From NCBI GenBank assembly GCA_035544015.1, contig DATKIP010000012.1, positions 99,483-163,482 on the forward strand: a stretch of 64,000 nt of DNA, written 5' to 3'. The notes beneath the pieces are model-generated. The model made no database searches and was not told where the DNA came from. It saw only the letters and a program-made list of their open reading frames with translations. A program made the translations under genes and the position numbers. Source of the stretch: Candidatus Saccharimonadia bacterium. GTDB lineage: Bacteria; Patescibacteriota; Saccharimonadia; UBA4664. Shown here one piece after another: positions 48,815-58,431 of the stretch; position 1 is the first letter of the stretch; each line of letters opens with the position of its first letter.

Positions 48815-49107
48815 AGCAAAGCCTCAATATCCACCACATAATCCGCATCCACCACCACACCCTCGGCCCGCAGCCGCGCCGCGTGCTCGCTGCGGCCACC
48901 GTGAAACCCACTCGCCAACCCACCGCGCCTATTTACTACCCGCTGCCACGGCAGCTCCTCGGGGCCGTAGTGCGCCAGTCCACCCACAATCCGAGCCGCC
49001 CGCGGGCTGCCGCACACCGCCGCAATCTGGCCATACGTCATCACGCGGCCAGCCGGAATCAACGCCACCAACTCGTACACCCGCTGAGCAAAAGTATCGT
49101 CCGCCAC
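48778..49107 (-). CDS. alkyltransferase-like (ATL) protein of the MGMT family. The catalytic Cys is replaced by Trp
   Basis: MGMT DNA-binding-domain fold with PWQRVV in place of the PCHRV active site. Confidence 0.6.
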   Translation of the reverse strand: MADDTFAQRVYELVALIPAGRVMTYGQIAAVCGSPRAARIVGGLAHYGPEELPWQRVVNRRGGLASGFHGGRSEHAARLRAEGVVVDADYVVDIEALLWWPPGIGGAAV

Positions 49108-49110
49108 CGC

Positions 49111-49731
49111 TCAAATCCCCAGATACCGATGCAGCGCCGCCACTCGCTCCCGCCACGCTCCGCTCTGCCGAATCCTACCCACTACCTCGATAATCCGTTC
49201 CGCTTCCGGCACATTCGTGCCCAGCTTCAACGCCTCACGCTTCCAAGCCTCAGGTTCGTATGCGCCGCCAAGTATCCAGATCATGTGCTGGTTCCATTGC
49301 CCCACCACCGCGGCCCCGCCCGCAGACGCCACCACCGCCAGCTCCTGCGCATTTGCCGGCGCCGCAAACATGGCCGCCAAGCGCTGCCGCTCAGGTCCCT
49401 CCAAGGCATAATCAGCCTGCTCCGCCGCCTTCACACCCCGCCATTCCACCACATCCGTCTCCGGCAACAAACCCAAGCCCTGTTCGCGAAAAAATTGATT
49501 CCACGCCTCATCCAAATAGCTATGCAACAACATGCCCACGCGCCAGGCGTCCTCCTCATGCCGCACATCGTCCATAGTTACCCCCTCCCGGTGCGTCAAA
49601 GACCGGGGCAAACCGGCCAGCAGCCGAATGTCCGGAAACGCCGAGCCCCGCACCACCGCCGCCTCATCCAAATCCGGATGATCACGTACGTAGGCCTGCG
49701 CATACACCATATGAATCAACGGCGCCGGCAT
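49111..49731 (-). CDS. hypothetical protein
   Basis: Plausible ORF. No recognisable family. Confidence 0.35.
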   Translation of the reverse strand: MPAPLIHMVYAQAYVRDHPDLDEAAVVRGSAFPDIRLLAGLPRSLTHREGVTMDDVRHEEDAWRVGMLLHSYLDEAWNQFFREQGLGLLPETDVVEWRGVKAAEQADYALEGPERQRLAAMFAAPANAQELAVVASAGGAAVVGQWNQHMIWILGGAYEPEAWKREALKLGTNVPEAERIIEVVGRIRQSGAWRERVAALHRYLGI

Positions 49732-49733
49732 CG

Positions 49734-51584
49734 CTACAGGCGGCTCGCGGCCGCGCGCTCCGCCGCCTCGGCCGCCACCGCCTCGGCGAATTCAACTACC
49801 CCAATTTCGCCCTCAAACTCACCGTGCCCCCTGCGCAACCGCGGGCTAATGCGGCCACTTTCGCGTTCTTTCTCACCCACCACCACCGTATACGGCACCT
49901 TCGCGAGCCCAGCCGCCCGTATTTTCTTACCCACACTCTCGGCGCCAGCGTCAATTCCCACCCGCAGACCCTTGGCCGCAAAGTCCCGTCGCAGCTGCTC
50001 CGTGTATTCCAAAATTTCCGGCGTCTCGTTGATCGGCGCCAGCCGCACCTGTTCCGGCGCCAGCCATGCCGGAAACGCTCCGGCCGTCTGCTCCAGCAAG
50101 AGCACCATAAACCGCTCGAGCGAACCCGCAATCGCTGCGTGCAGCATCACGATGCGCTCCCGCTCACCAGCCTCGTTGGTCACCACCAGGTCAAAACCTT
50201 CGGGCTGACCCATGTCGATCTGGATCGTTGCTGCCTGAAATTCGCGTCCAAACACGTCCCGTCCCATGAAGTCGATCTTCGGCCCATAGAAAGCCGCCTC
50301 GCCCAAACCATCCATATACTCCACGCCACGCGCCTCTATCACCGCCTTCATCTGGCGCTCGGTGCGCTCCCACGTCTCGGCCGTACCCAAATATTCATCC
50401 ATTTTATCCGGATCATGCCGACTAAACCGTACCTTCAGCTCAATCCCGAACTTCGCGTTAAACGCCTGCACGATATCCCAAATTTTACCCAATTCCGATT
50501 CAATCTGAGTCGTCCGGCAAAACACGTGCGCATCGTCTTGCGTAATCGACCGCACCCGACTGAGCCCCGAGAGCTCGCCGCTCTGCTCATCGCGGTACAC
50601 CATCGTGGTCTCACGGTAGCGGATCGGCAAATCCCGATAGCTCCGCGGCTGCGAAGCGTAAATTTGCGTGTGGTGCGGGCAGTTCATCGGCTTCATCGCA
50701 AACTCATGCCCCTCCCGAGTTTTAATTTTGAACAACTCCTCCGAAAACTTCTTCCAATGCCCGCTCTTGATGTACAAATCCTTCTTGGTAATATGCGGAA
50801 TCGTTACCGCCTGGTATCCGCCGCCAATCGTCTCGCGCAGCTCCTGCACAAAAGCGTTGATCTGCTCGCGAATCAGCGTTCCCCGCGGCGTAAACAGCGG
50901 CAATCCCGGTCCCACCAGGTCCGAAAACACAAACAAGTCCAACTCTTTGCCCAACTTACGATGATCGCGCTTGGCCGCCTCTTCGAGCATGTCCAAATGC
51001 GCCAAAAGCTCGGGCTTTGTTGTAAATCCTACACCATAGATGCGCTGCATTTGTGCATTCTTCTCGTCGCCGCGCCAGTACGCTCCAGATACACGCATCA
51101 ATTTAAACGCTCCCACCTGGCCCGTTGAAGCCACATGCGGCCCCCGGCACAAATCAGTAAACGGACCGTCCGTGTAGATGCCCACATCATCCACTTTGAC
51201 ACCTTCACCCACCCCCATTTGCGATCGATCAATTTCTTTCGCCACCGTGGTACCGTGCTCCTTAAGGTCGCCCAGCAGGTCCACTTTGTAGGCTTGGCCC
51301 TTATCGCCAAAATATTTGAGCGCTTCTTCGAGCTTCATCGTGGACTGCTCAAATGGATAGTCTGCCTTCACGACCTCGCGCATTTTGCCCTCGATTGCGC
51401 CCAAATCCTCCACCCCAATCGGCTTTGGTAGATCCACATCATAGTAGAACCCGTTCTCCACCACCGGCCCCACGCCAAACTTAGCCTCGGGGTACAGCTC
51501 CTGGATCGCCGTGGCCATAATGTGCGCCAATGAATGCCGCATCGCAAATACCTGCTGGTCTTGATCGGACTGGGGCTTGCTCAT
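49734..51584 (-). CDS. thrS: threonine--tRNA ligase (lacks the N-terminal TGS domain)
   Basis: Class II aaRS motifs and HRDLPIRYRETTMVYRDEQSG. Begins at the RHSLAHIM second-additional-domain region. Strong SD (AAGGAG) upstream. Confidence 0.9.
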   Translation of the reverse strand: MSKPQSDQDQQVFAMRHSLAHIMATAIQELYPEAKFGVGPVVENGFYYDVDLPKPIGVEDLGAIEGKMREVVKADYPFEQSTMKLEEALKYFGDKGQAYKVDLLGDLKEHGTTVAKEIDRSQMGVGEGVKVDDVGIYTDGPFTDLCRGPHVASTGQVGAFKLMRVSGAYWRGDEKNAQMQRIYGVGFTTKPELLAHLDMLEEAAKRDHRKLGKELDLFVFSDLVGPGLPLFTPRGTLIREQINAFVQELRETIGGGYQAVTIPHITKKDLYIKSGHWKKFSEELFKIKTREGHEFAMKPMNCPHHTQIYASQPRSYRDLPIRYRETTMVYRDEQSGELSGLSRVRSITQDDAHVFCRTTQIESELGKIWDIVQAFNAKFGIELKVRFSRHDPDKMDEYLGTAETWERTERQMKAVIEARGVEYMDGLGEAAFYGPKIDFMGRDVFGREFQAATIQIDMGQPEGFDLVVTNEAGERERIVMLHAAIAGSLERFMVLLLEQTAGAFPAWLAPEQVRLAPINETPEILEYTEQLRRDFAAKGLRVGIDAGAESVGKKIRAAGLAKVPYTVVVGEKERESGRISPRLRRGHGEFEGEIGVVEFAEAVAAEAAERAAASRL

Positions 51585-51786
51585 AAAAAATGCTCCTTAT
51601 ACCAAAACAACGCGCCATTCCTGGCGCGTCTGGACCCTCGCGGGCGGTTCCACCAGACTTCCTCGGCTCGTAAGCCAAGACTCTTTGGTCGCCGACGTTC
51701 GCCACCGGCAGCGGAGCTCGCGGGGTGGTGAAGCCCGGTCAGCGCCCTATGTACCTGGCGGGATTATAGCGCACATTCGCACGCAA

Positions 51787-51818
51787 CAAAAGCGCCCCGG
51801 AATACGGGGCGCTTTTTT
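51787..51818. terminator. hairpin terminator (AAAAGCGCCCCG-GAAT-ACGGGGCGCTTTTTT)
   Basis: Perfect stem flanked by A-tracts and T-tracts. Sits between the small ORF and thrS. Confidence 0.5.
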
Positions 51819-51831
51819 CGAAAAAATCGAA

Positions 51832-52056
51832 CTATGGTTGCTGAACAGGAGCCTCGGGCGAGGAAGGAACCGGCGCTTCACCCTCGGCCGGCGGCTGGGG
51901 CGCTTCTTCGGGCTGCTCGGGAGCCACCGGGGCATCCAAGGGAGCCGGTGCTGCGGCGGGGTCAGAAACCGTTTCCGGACCAGCCGGTGCTACCGGTGCT
52001 TCTGCAGGAGCCACTGGCGGCTGAGGGGTAACTTCATCATTCTTTTCGGTATCCAT
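51832..52056 (-). CDS. small Pro/Ala-rich low-complexity protein
   Basis: Strong SD AAGGAG 8 nt upstream of the ATG. 74 aa of PAxP-type repeats. Confidence 0.35.
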   Translation of the reverse strand: MDTEKNDEVTPQPPVAPAEAPVAPAGPETVSDPAAAPAPLDAPVAPEQPEEAPQPPAEGEAPVPSSPEAPVQQP

Positions 52057-52132
52057 ATTTGTTTTCTCCTTATGTGTTCGTCACTATAGCATAAGCAAGA
52101 TAAATTTTCAACCGAAGTATTTGCCCCATACC

Positions 52133-52163
52133 AAGCCAAAAACAAAACCGCCCCGAGGGGCGG
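52133..52163 (-). terminator. Rho-independent terminator downstream of tRNA-Val(GAC)
   Basis: CCGCCC-CGAG-GGGCGG hairpin followed on the minus strand by TTTTGTTTTT. Confidence 0.5.
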
Positions 52164-52180
52164 CTTCGTAGAATAATTCC

Positions 52181-52257
52181 TGGTGGATCCTAGAGGACTC
52201 GAACCTCTGACCCCTTCAACGTCAATGAAGTGCTCTAGCCAACTGAGCTAAGGATCC
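52181..52257 (-). tRNA. tRNA-Val (GAC), CCA encoded
   Basis: The minus strand GGATCCTTAGCTCAGTTGGCTAGAGCACTTCATTGACGTTGAAGGGGTCAGAGGTTCGAGTCCTCTAGGATCCACCA gives a canonical cloverleaf. Confidence 0.85.
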
Positions 52258-52391
52258 AAATTGTTACAAGGCCAAACTATACCGCAACCCCGGGCAATCT
52301 TCAAGCCCACCGGGTTGAAAATCCCCCACCAAAAGAGTACACTGCCTCGTGGCCAAAATTTGGCCCCACTACGCGCCCCAGGAGGCCCTTC

Positions 52392-52955
52392 GTGTTGTCC
52401 CCCTCCCCCGTCACCACCACGCCGTGTCGCTACCTCCGGACCCCAGGCCAAGGAGCTCCCGGGCTCAGCTGGTTCGCGACCGGGTCGAGAATCGTCCTGG
52501 CCGACTGGAACGGCTGGCTGCAAGCCGCCGCTGGGCAGCCGCGATTCGGCGTGCAATTGACCGGCATCATCGACCCGAGCGTCGATGAGACCCCGCGGAC
52601 ACTCACGCTCGACGTCAACCGGCAGAGCACCATCAACCCCGGCAGACCCGTAGTCATCAATCTCTACGACGGGGCCAGCTTCTGCACCGGTGGCGCCGGC
52701 GCCACCGTCCGCGAGGCGTTGGTGAGCCTGCTGTACAAGATCGCACCGGGCGAGGCCAACTTCACCCTGACCCGCTGCCAGTTCGCCGTGAGCGTGGCTC
52801 GCGGCTACGGCATCAAGACCGACGGCCTGATGGAACTCGAGCTCCAGGCGGCCGTGGGAGACACGGCCTTGCGGCGCCTGCGAGCTGCCGGCCACAACTA
52901 CCAGCAGCTGCTGGCCAAGCTCACGACCACGCTCGACGACGAGCCCACCGCGTAG
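52392..52955 (+). CDS. hypothetical protein (GTG start with AGGAGG SD 7 nt upstream)
   Basis: Non-repetitive composition and a good RBS. No family recognised. The overlapping minus-strand Gly-rich ORF was rejected. Confidence 0.35.
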   Translation: MLSPSPVTTTPCRYLRTPGQGAPGLSWFATGSRIVLADWNGWLQAAAGQPRFGVQLTGIIDPSVDETPRTLTLDVNRQSTINPGRPVVINLYDGASFCTGGAGATVREALVSLLYKIAPGEANFTLTRCQFAVSVARGYGIKTDGLMELELQAAVGDTALRRLRAAGHNYQQLLAKLTTTLDDEPTA

Positions 52956-52957
52956 CC

Positions 52958-52994
52958 GCCTCCCGGCGGGCGTTCCCAGTGAACGCCCGCCGGG
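52958..52994. other. 16-bp perfect stem hairpin (CTCCCGGCGGGCGTTC-CCAGT-GAACGCCCGCCGGGAG) with no U-tract
   Basis: Read directly from the sequence, immediately after the stop of the 52392..52955 ORF. Confidence 0.4.
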
Positions 52995-53069
52995 AGAGCC
53001 CCAGAGCCTTCCCTCCTCGCCCAAAATCCGCTATTATCACACAAGTTCACCCAAATGCCCCGCCCCTCG

Positions 53070-53147
<78 letters not shown>

Positions 53148-53271
53148 GCAATTATTCCCCAAAGAGAGCCCTCCAAGGGCTCTCTTTGTATGCCGTCGCT
53201 TTGACAAAATCCCTACCCCGGGGTTACGGTAACCCCTAGTCGCTCTCTTGGAGCGATCGTTCTTTTTAGCA

Positions 53272-53330
53272 ATCTGAAGCGAGGGGGATGTGGTCTTGAT
53301 AAGTCCACGAACGCATCCCCCTCGCTTCAG
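53272..53330. promoter_or_regulatory. 18-bp-arm perfect inverted repeat (TCTGAAGCGAGGGGGATG-N23-CATCCCCCTCGCTTCAGA) in the 5' leader of the oxidoreductase gene
   Basis: Read directly from the sequence, 36 nt upstream of the ATG at 53366. Confidence 0.4.
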
Positions 53331-53365
53331 AGCGGAGCTGAGGAGTCAGACGATGGGAGGACCAA

Positions 53366-54379
53366 ATGTCTGGCAGCATACTGCAAGTTGGTCTGCTGGG
53401 GGTAGGCCGCATCGGCACCCTCCACGCAGAGCACCTCGCGAAACGTTCCGACGTGGCACTGTGCGTCGCCGACATCAATCCGGAAGCCGCCGCCAAGCTA
53501 GCGGGCCGGCTCAATGTCGCGCACGTCGGCGTAGACGACATGTTCGCAAGCCACCCCGACGCGCTCGTGATCGCCACCTCCACCGACACGCACGCCGAAC
53601 TGATCGCCCGAGCCGCCGAGGCCAGAATTCGCACGGTGCTCTGCGAGAAACCGATCGCGCTAGACACGGCGGACACTCGCGCGGCGCTCGCCGCCGCGGA
53701 GGCCGCAGGCCTCAAGCTCCAGATCGGGTTCCAGCGCCGGTTCGACCCCGATCACGTGGCGGCCCACGCCGCCCTGGCGCGGAACGGACTGGGTCGACTG
53801 CACAGCATCCAGGTGCTGTCGGCCGACCCGGCGCCCCCACCCGCGGACTACATCCCGCGCTCGGGCGGCATGTTCCGCGACATGCTCATCCACGACTTCG
53901 ACGCCCTTCGCCGGCTCACCGGCCAGGAAATCGTGTGGGTAAGGGTCGCCGGCGGGACACTCGACCCCGACGACCGCTTCCGGCGGTACGGCGACGTCGG
54001 CACCGCCATGGTGTCGATGCAGCTCAGCGGCGGCACCATGGTGTCGCTCAACGGCACTCGCTACCACGCCGCCGGCTACCTCTACCTCACCACCCTCATC
54101 GGCGAGAACGGAACACTGGTGATCGGGCTGGACGAGCGTTCGCCGCTACAATCCGCCAACCCCAACGTCCCCTGGCCTGGTGCCACTGCGTACGAAAGTT
54201 TCATCGGCCGGTTCAGGCAAGCCTACCAGGACGAAATGGACCACTTCGTGCGATACGCGCGCGGAGACATCGACAACCCCTGCACCGGCGAAAACGCCCT
54301 CCAGGCCCTGCGCGTCGCGCTGGCCTGCAAGCGGTCCCTGGCGGAAAACCGCCAAGTCTACGTGGAGGAGATCCAGTGA
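53366..54379 (+). CDS. Gfo/Idh/MocA-family NAD(P)-dependent oxidoreductase (inositol 2-dehydrogenase-like)
   Basis: Rossmann LGVGRIGTLHAE and EKP motif. SD GGGAGGA upstream. Confidence 0.8.
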   Translation: MSGSILQVGLLGVGRIGTLHAEHLAKRSDVALCVADINPEAAAKLAGRLNVAHVGVDDMFASHPDALVIATSTDTHAELIARAAEARIRTVLCEKPIALDTADTRAALAAAEAAGLKLQIGFQRRFDPDHVAAHAALARNGLGRLHSIQVLSADPAPPPADYIPRSGGMFRDMLIHDFDALRRLTGQEIVWVRVAGGTLDPDDRFRRYGDVGTAMVSMQLSGGTMVSLNGTRYHAAGYLYLTTLIGENGTLVIGLDERSPLQSANPNVPWPGATAYESFIGRFRQAYQDEMDHFVRYARGDIDNPCTGENALQALRVALACKRSLAENRQVYVEEIQ

Positions 54380-55287
54380 CCAGCCCGAACCCGTCCCCTA
54401 GCGCCATGGACCGAGTCGGCGGCGCCCCCGTCAGCTGGGGCGTCAACGAGGTTCCAGACTGGGGCCACCAGCTCAACCCGCACACAGTCCTCAGCGAGAT
54501 GTCTGCGCTGGGGCTCACGGCTACCGAGGCCGGCCCCGACAGTTTCCTGCCCGCCGACAGCCAGCAGGCCGCCGACATGCTGGCAGGCCATGGTCTGAAG
54601 CTGATCGCCGGCTTCGTGCCCGTAGCGCTCCACCAGGTATGGGACACCCACCGAGCCGAGACCCTCGCCACCCGGGCCACCTGGCTCCGGGACGTCGGCG
54701 CAAGTGTCGTAGTCCTGGCCGCGGCCACCGGTCTGGACGGGTACGAAACCCGCCCCGACCTGGACTTCGACGGCTGGAAGCGGCTACTAGCCAACCTGCA
54801 GCAGGCCAGCACCATCTGCACCGACCTGGGCATGCTGCTCACCATACACCCGCACGTCGGCACAATGGTGCAGCGGCCCACCGAGATCGAGTACGTGCTT
54901 CGCGGCACCGACCTCAAGTTGTGCCTCGACACCGGCCACATCCTGGCCGGCGGCGGCGACCCGAAGCAGATCGCCGAGAACCACCCCGACCGGATCGGCC
55001 ACGTGCACTTCAAGGACGTCAAGGCCCCAGTGGCCGAAGCAGTCCGCACCGACCAGCTCAGCTACGCCGCAGCCGTCAGGCAAGGCCTCTACGCCTGTCT
55101 GGGCGACGGCGATGTCGATATCGCCGGCATCATGCGGTTGCTCGAGAACAACGGCTACACCGGCCGGTACGTCGTGGAACAGGACCTCCAGCTCACCTCC
55201 GCCGGCGCCGGCCACATCCCGCGCCAGAACATGCAGCGCAACCTCGCCTACCTCCGCGGAGTCACCGCCACGCTTGCCAGCCTCTGA
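54376..55287 (+). CDS. xylose-isomerase-like TIM-barrel sugar phosphate isomerase/epimerase (GTG start overlapping the upstream stop)
   Basis: AP-endonuclease-2/TIM-barrel features (HVHFKDV, DTGHILAGGGD). Corresponds to the C-terminal part of the artefactual 665-aa ORF. Confidence 0.7.
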   Translation: MTSPNPSPSAMDRVGGAPVSWGVNEVPDWGHQLNPHTVLSEMSALGLTATEAGPDSFLPADSQQAADMLAGHGLKLIAGFVPVALHQVWDTHRAETLATRATWLRDVGASVVVLAAATGLDGYETRPDLDFDGWKRLLANLQQASTICTDLGMLLTIHPHVGTMVQRPTEIEYVLRGTDLKLCLDTGHILAGGGDPKQIAENHPDRIGHVHFKDVKAPVAEAVRTDQLSYAAAVRQGLYACLGDGDVDIAGIMRLLENNGYTGRYVVEQDLQLTSAGAGHIPRQNMQRNLAYLRGVTATLASL

Positions 55288-55363
55288 CACCCCGCTCCCG
55301 GTGGGGGTCGACCGGGGAACCCCTCGGCCGACCCCCACCCGCCCCGCCTTCAGGGCGGAGCCC

Positions 55364-55388
55364 AAAACCCCGCAACCCGGGGTTTTTG
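55364..55388 (+). terminator. Rho-independent terminator
   Basis: CCCCG-CAACC-CGGGG followed by TTTTT. Confidence 0.5.
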
Positions 55389-55434
55389 CCTTAAAATAGT
55401 AAGCGCGGCGCCCTCAACCCCAGAAGGGATCATC

Positions 55435-55911
55435 GTGACTACGACAGTGCAGCGACGTAGCGGCGGGATTAAGGTCTTTCGTTGGATTATTTTCGCCCTC
55501 GTCTTCCTACCCATCGTCATATCGATCGTGCCGAGCAAAGAAAAACCGCCACGACTGCGCATCGTCGCGTCAATGATTGGGGCCGATTACCGGGGCTACA
55601 CCCGGGAAGTGACGATCAATCGAGACATCGACAACATCAAGGTTGACTCCTTCAGCCCGATCAAACGTCACGATGACTACACCCCCTCTACACCGAAAAA
55701 ATTCCCCAACGAGATCTACGATCTAAAGTACGTCCTGAGGCCAACGGCCGAACTCACCGACGCCGGCCTGATCATTTGCACTGTCCAGGCCTTCATTGAC
55801 GGCAAGTGGACAAACACCCCGTTTCACGACAACCGACACGGGCCATCGACGGAGGGAGTAACCTGCCACGTGCAGGTGATAGACGGCCAAGTAGTTGCGG
55901 GCCACGATTAG
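55435..55911 (+). CDS. hypothetical membrane-anchored protein (lower GC)
   Basis: GTG start with GAAGGGA SD. N-terminal TM. Confidence 0.4.
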   Translation: MTTTVQRRSGGIKVFRWIIFALVFLPIVISIVPSKEKPPRLRIVASMIGADYRGYTREVTINRDIDNIKVDSFSPIKRHDDYTPSTPKKFPNEIYDLKYVLRPTAELTDAGLIICTVQAFIDGKWTNTPFHDNRHGPSTEGVTCHVQVIDGQVVAGHD

Positions 55912-56125
55912 ACCCATCGGCCTAGCCGCCCACCGAGAGCGCATCTCGGATCACAGCCTCTAGCGAGAAGGCCCCGGCCTCGCGCCGGAGGCTCTTCTCG
56001 ACCTTATGGCCCAACCACCACAATTCTACGACGCCCGCCCCAGGTCATCACGCTAATGCTTGCAGCATGCCCCACGCACACGCTACGCTATTTGTACTAT
56101 CTGCCAACATAAGAGGTTTGGGAGT

Positions 56126-57250
56126 ATGCTCAGTCAGCAAATCGCCGACAAAATCTGCGCCAAGGTCAGCGCGCTGGTCAATCAAGACTTGCGTCTCACC
56201 GACGCGGCCGGCCAGCCCCTCTCCCAAACCTCCGCCCTCAAACCCGAGCCAGTAAACCTCACCGAGGTTGCTTGGGCCATCCCATTCTCATATGGCGGCA
56301 ACGTCGTAGGCTACATCGCCCTCGAAACCGAAATGCCCAACCACACCGAAATCGCCCCGCTCATTCGCTCCATTGCCGAGCTCGTGATGCACCAATCGCT
56401 CGTGCTTGAGCAAATCCCGCGCCAAGACGAGCGCCTCGACAAATTCATCTACGACCTCCTCAACCAACCCCAGCCCGAATGGAGCCTCCTCGCCGCCGAG
56501 GCCCGCCTGTTCGACATCGAGCTCGATCGACCCCGCATCGCTATCGTCATTCAAATCGACGACCCCAGCCTCACCTCGCGATTCCAAGACCCCTCCGGCG
56601 ACCGCGAAGTCCGCCTCACCCGCTACAAATTTGGCATCACCCGCGCCCTCAATTCGTTCTACACCTCTAGCCGCGAAAACGTGGTGAGCTACCTCGGCGG
56701 CACCTCGTTTTGCATCCTCAAAGATATCCTGCCCACCGGCGACTCCGACCTCGACGCCGGTCTCGAAAACTTCAAAAAAAGCCTCGGCGTCATCTATGGC
56801 ATTCTCAAAAGCGAACTCAAACCCCCCACCACCGTCGGGGTCGGCAATTACCACCCCGGCCTCGAGGGCTTGCGTCAAAGTTTCCACGAGGCCACCTCCG
56901 CCATCGAGCTGGGCGCCCAAACCTGGGACGTCGACCGCATGTACCACATCGACGATTTCGGCGTGGTTGCCCCCCTCTTGTCCGGTGTCGACGAAAATAA
57001 TATCTACTTCTCGCGTGAACTCCTCGACCGCGTCGGCGAAAACAACGAAATCATCCAGACCCTCGAGGCCTTCTTTAGCTTCGACATGTCGCTCACCCGC
57101 ACCGCCGAGACCCTCAAAATCCACCGCAACACCCTCGTCTACCGCCTCGACCGCATCACCGAAACCCTCGGCCTCGATCCACGCGTATTCGACGACGCCA
57201 TTCAGATCAAGCTGGCGATTCTCTACAGCCGCTTTGTGGAGCGTGGCTAA
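56126..57250 (+). CDS. CdaR/PucR-family transcriptional regulator (sugar-diacid-regulator-like). Start refined to ATG 56126
   Basis: C-terminal PucR HTH LTRTAETLKIHRNTLVYRLDRITETLGLDPRVFDD. Confidence 0.75.
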   Translation: MLSQQIADKICAKVSALVNQDLRLTDAAGQPLSQTSALKPEPVNLTEVAWAIPFSYGGNVVGYIALETEMPNHTEIAPLIRSIAELVMHQSLVLEQIPRQDERLDKFIYDLLNQPQPEWSLLAAEARLFDIELDRPRIAIVIQIDDPSLTSRFQDPSGDREVRLTRYKFGITRALNSFYTSSRENVVSYLGGTSFCILKDILPTGDSDLDAGLENFKKSLGVIYGILKSELKPPTTVGVGNYHPGLEGLRQSFHEATSAIELGAQTWDVDRMYHIDDFGVVAPLLSGVDENNIYFSRELLDRVGENNEIIQTLEAFFSFDMSLTRTAETLKIHRNTLVYRLDRITETLGLDPRVFDDAIQIKLAILYSRFVERG

Positions 57251-58431
57251 TGCAGCTCAACACCGCTCTCGCCCGCCAAATCTCCGACAAGGCCAACCAA
57301 GTGCTCAAACGCGACCTGCTCATCGCCGACCTGTCGGGCCAGATCCTCGCCGGTGGTCCCGGCCGCGCCTTTGTCTCCGAGGCGCTTTCGGCCGCCCAAA
57401 CCGGCCGGCCCACCACCTCCGAATTCGAGGAGCGGCAAACCAAATGGTGGCCGTTCGTCTACGACGAGCGCACCATCGCCGTGTTTGGCCTGCCGCTCGA
57501 CACCGGCCCCATCACCCAAGAGGCCACCACCCTGCTCCAGGGACTCGCCGAGGTCATCGTATACCAGCACTTCCTGCTCGATAAAATCCAGTCGGCCGAA
57601 CGCGTGCGCGCCGATTTTGTCCGCACCCTCCTCACTGCCCCCACCATCGACGCCGCCGACATTCATCGCCAGGCCGACATCCTCCAGCTCAACGTGCGCG
57701 GCGCCCAAGCCGTCATCCTCATCCACCTCGACGGTTTCGAGACCTCAGTGCGGTCCAAGCACCCCCATCTGTCGTCAGAAGAACAACAACTTCAAATCGA
57801 CACCGCCGCCGAAGCCATCAACATCCTCGTCCGCGACGGCTTCAAAAACCTTCAAGAAAACCTCATGGCGTATCTCGGCGAAGATCGCTTCGTTCTTCTC
57901 AAAGGTCTCACCGGCGAAACCCTCACCACCCTCAACACCATCCGCCAAATGACCGAGAAAGCCCAAGCCACCTTCGCGATGCTCGGCGCCGCCAAACTCG
58001 ACCAACCCATCACCCTCGGCATCGGCCAATACTATCCCGATCTGGGCGGCCTCCGCAAAAGCTACCAGGATGCCAAGCTGGCGCTCGAAGTTGGCTCCAA
58101 GGTCTGGGGTACCGGCCGCGTCTACCACATCAAACAGGTCGGCATGTTCATCACCCTCGCCGCCACCAGCCAAGACCGCAAAGCCGAGCTCGCCCACCAA
58201 ATTCTGTCACCCCTGTTGCGCGACGAACAACTCTTCAAGACCGTCCAAGCCTTCCTGAGCTGCGGCCTCAACCTCACCGACGCCGCCGAAAAGCTCCACA
58301 TCCACCGCAACACCCTCATTTACCGCCTCGACAAAACCAAGAAGCTCATCAATCTCGATCCGCGCCATTTCGACGACGCCCTGCAGATCAAATTGGGCCT
58401 CATGTTCTACCAGGACCAATCCGTCGCCTAA
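57250..58431 (+). CDS. CdaR/PucR-family transcriptional regulator (tandem paralog; TAATG stop/start overlap)
   Basis: LTDAAEKLHIHRNTLIYRLDKTKKLINLDPRHFDD. The N-terminus is collinear with the upstream paralog. Confidence 0.75.
   Translation: MQLNTALARQISDKANQVLKRDLLIADLSGQILAGGPGRAFVSEALSAAQTGRPTTSEFEERQTKWWPFVYDERTIAVFGLPLDTGPITQEATTLLQGLAEVIVYQHFLLDKIQSAERVRADFVRTLLTAPTIDAADIHRQADILQLNVRGAQAVILIHLDGFETSVRSKHPHLSSEEQQLQIDTAAEAINILVRDGFKNLQENLMAYLGEDRFVLLKGLTGETLTTLNTIRQMTEKAQATFAMLGAAKLDQPITLGIGQYYPDLGGLRKSYQDAKLALEVGSKVWGTGRVYHIKQVGMFITLAATSQDRKAELAHQILSPLLRDEQLFKTVQAFLSCGLNLTDAAEKLHIHRNTLIYRLDKTKKLINLDPRHFDDALQIKLGLMFYQDQSVA

Noticed and set aside
52248-53024. 258-aa Gly/Arg-rich minus-strand ORF.
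   Set aside because: It overlaps the better-supported plus-strand ORF 52392..52955, which has an SD. Its low-complexity composition points to a GC-frame artefact.
53290-54375. N-terminal 362 codons of a 665-aa Arg-rich ORF.
   Set aside because: This is an out-of-frame read-through of the Gfo/Idh/MocA gene region. Only its C-terminal part from the GTG at 54376 is a real gene (the TIM-barrel isomerase).
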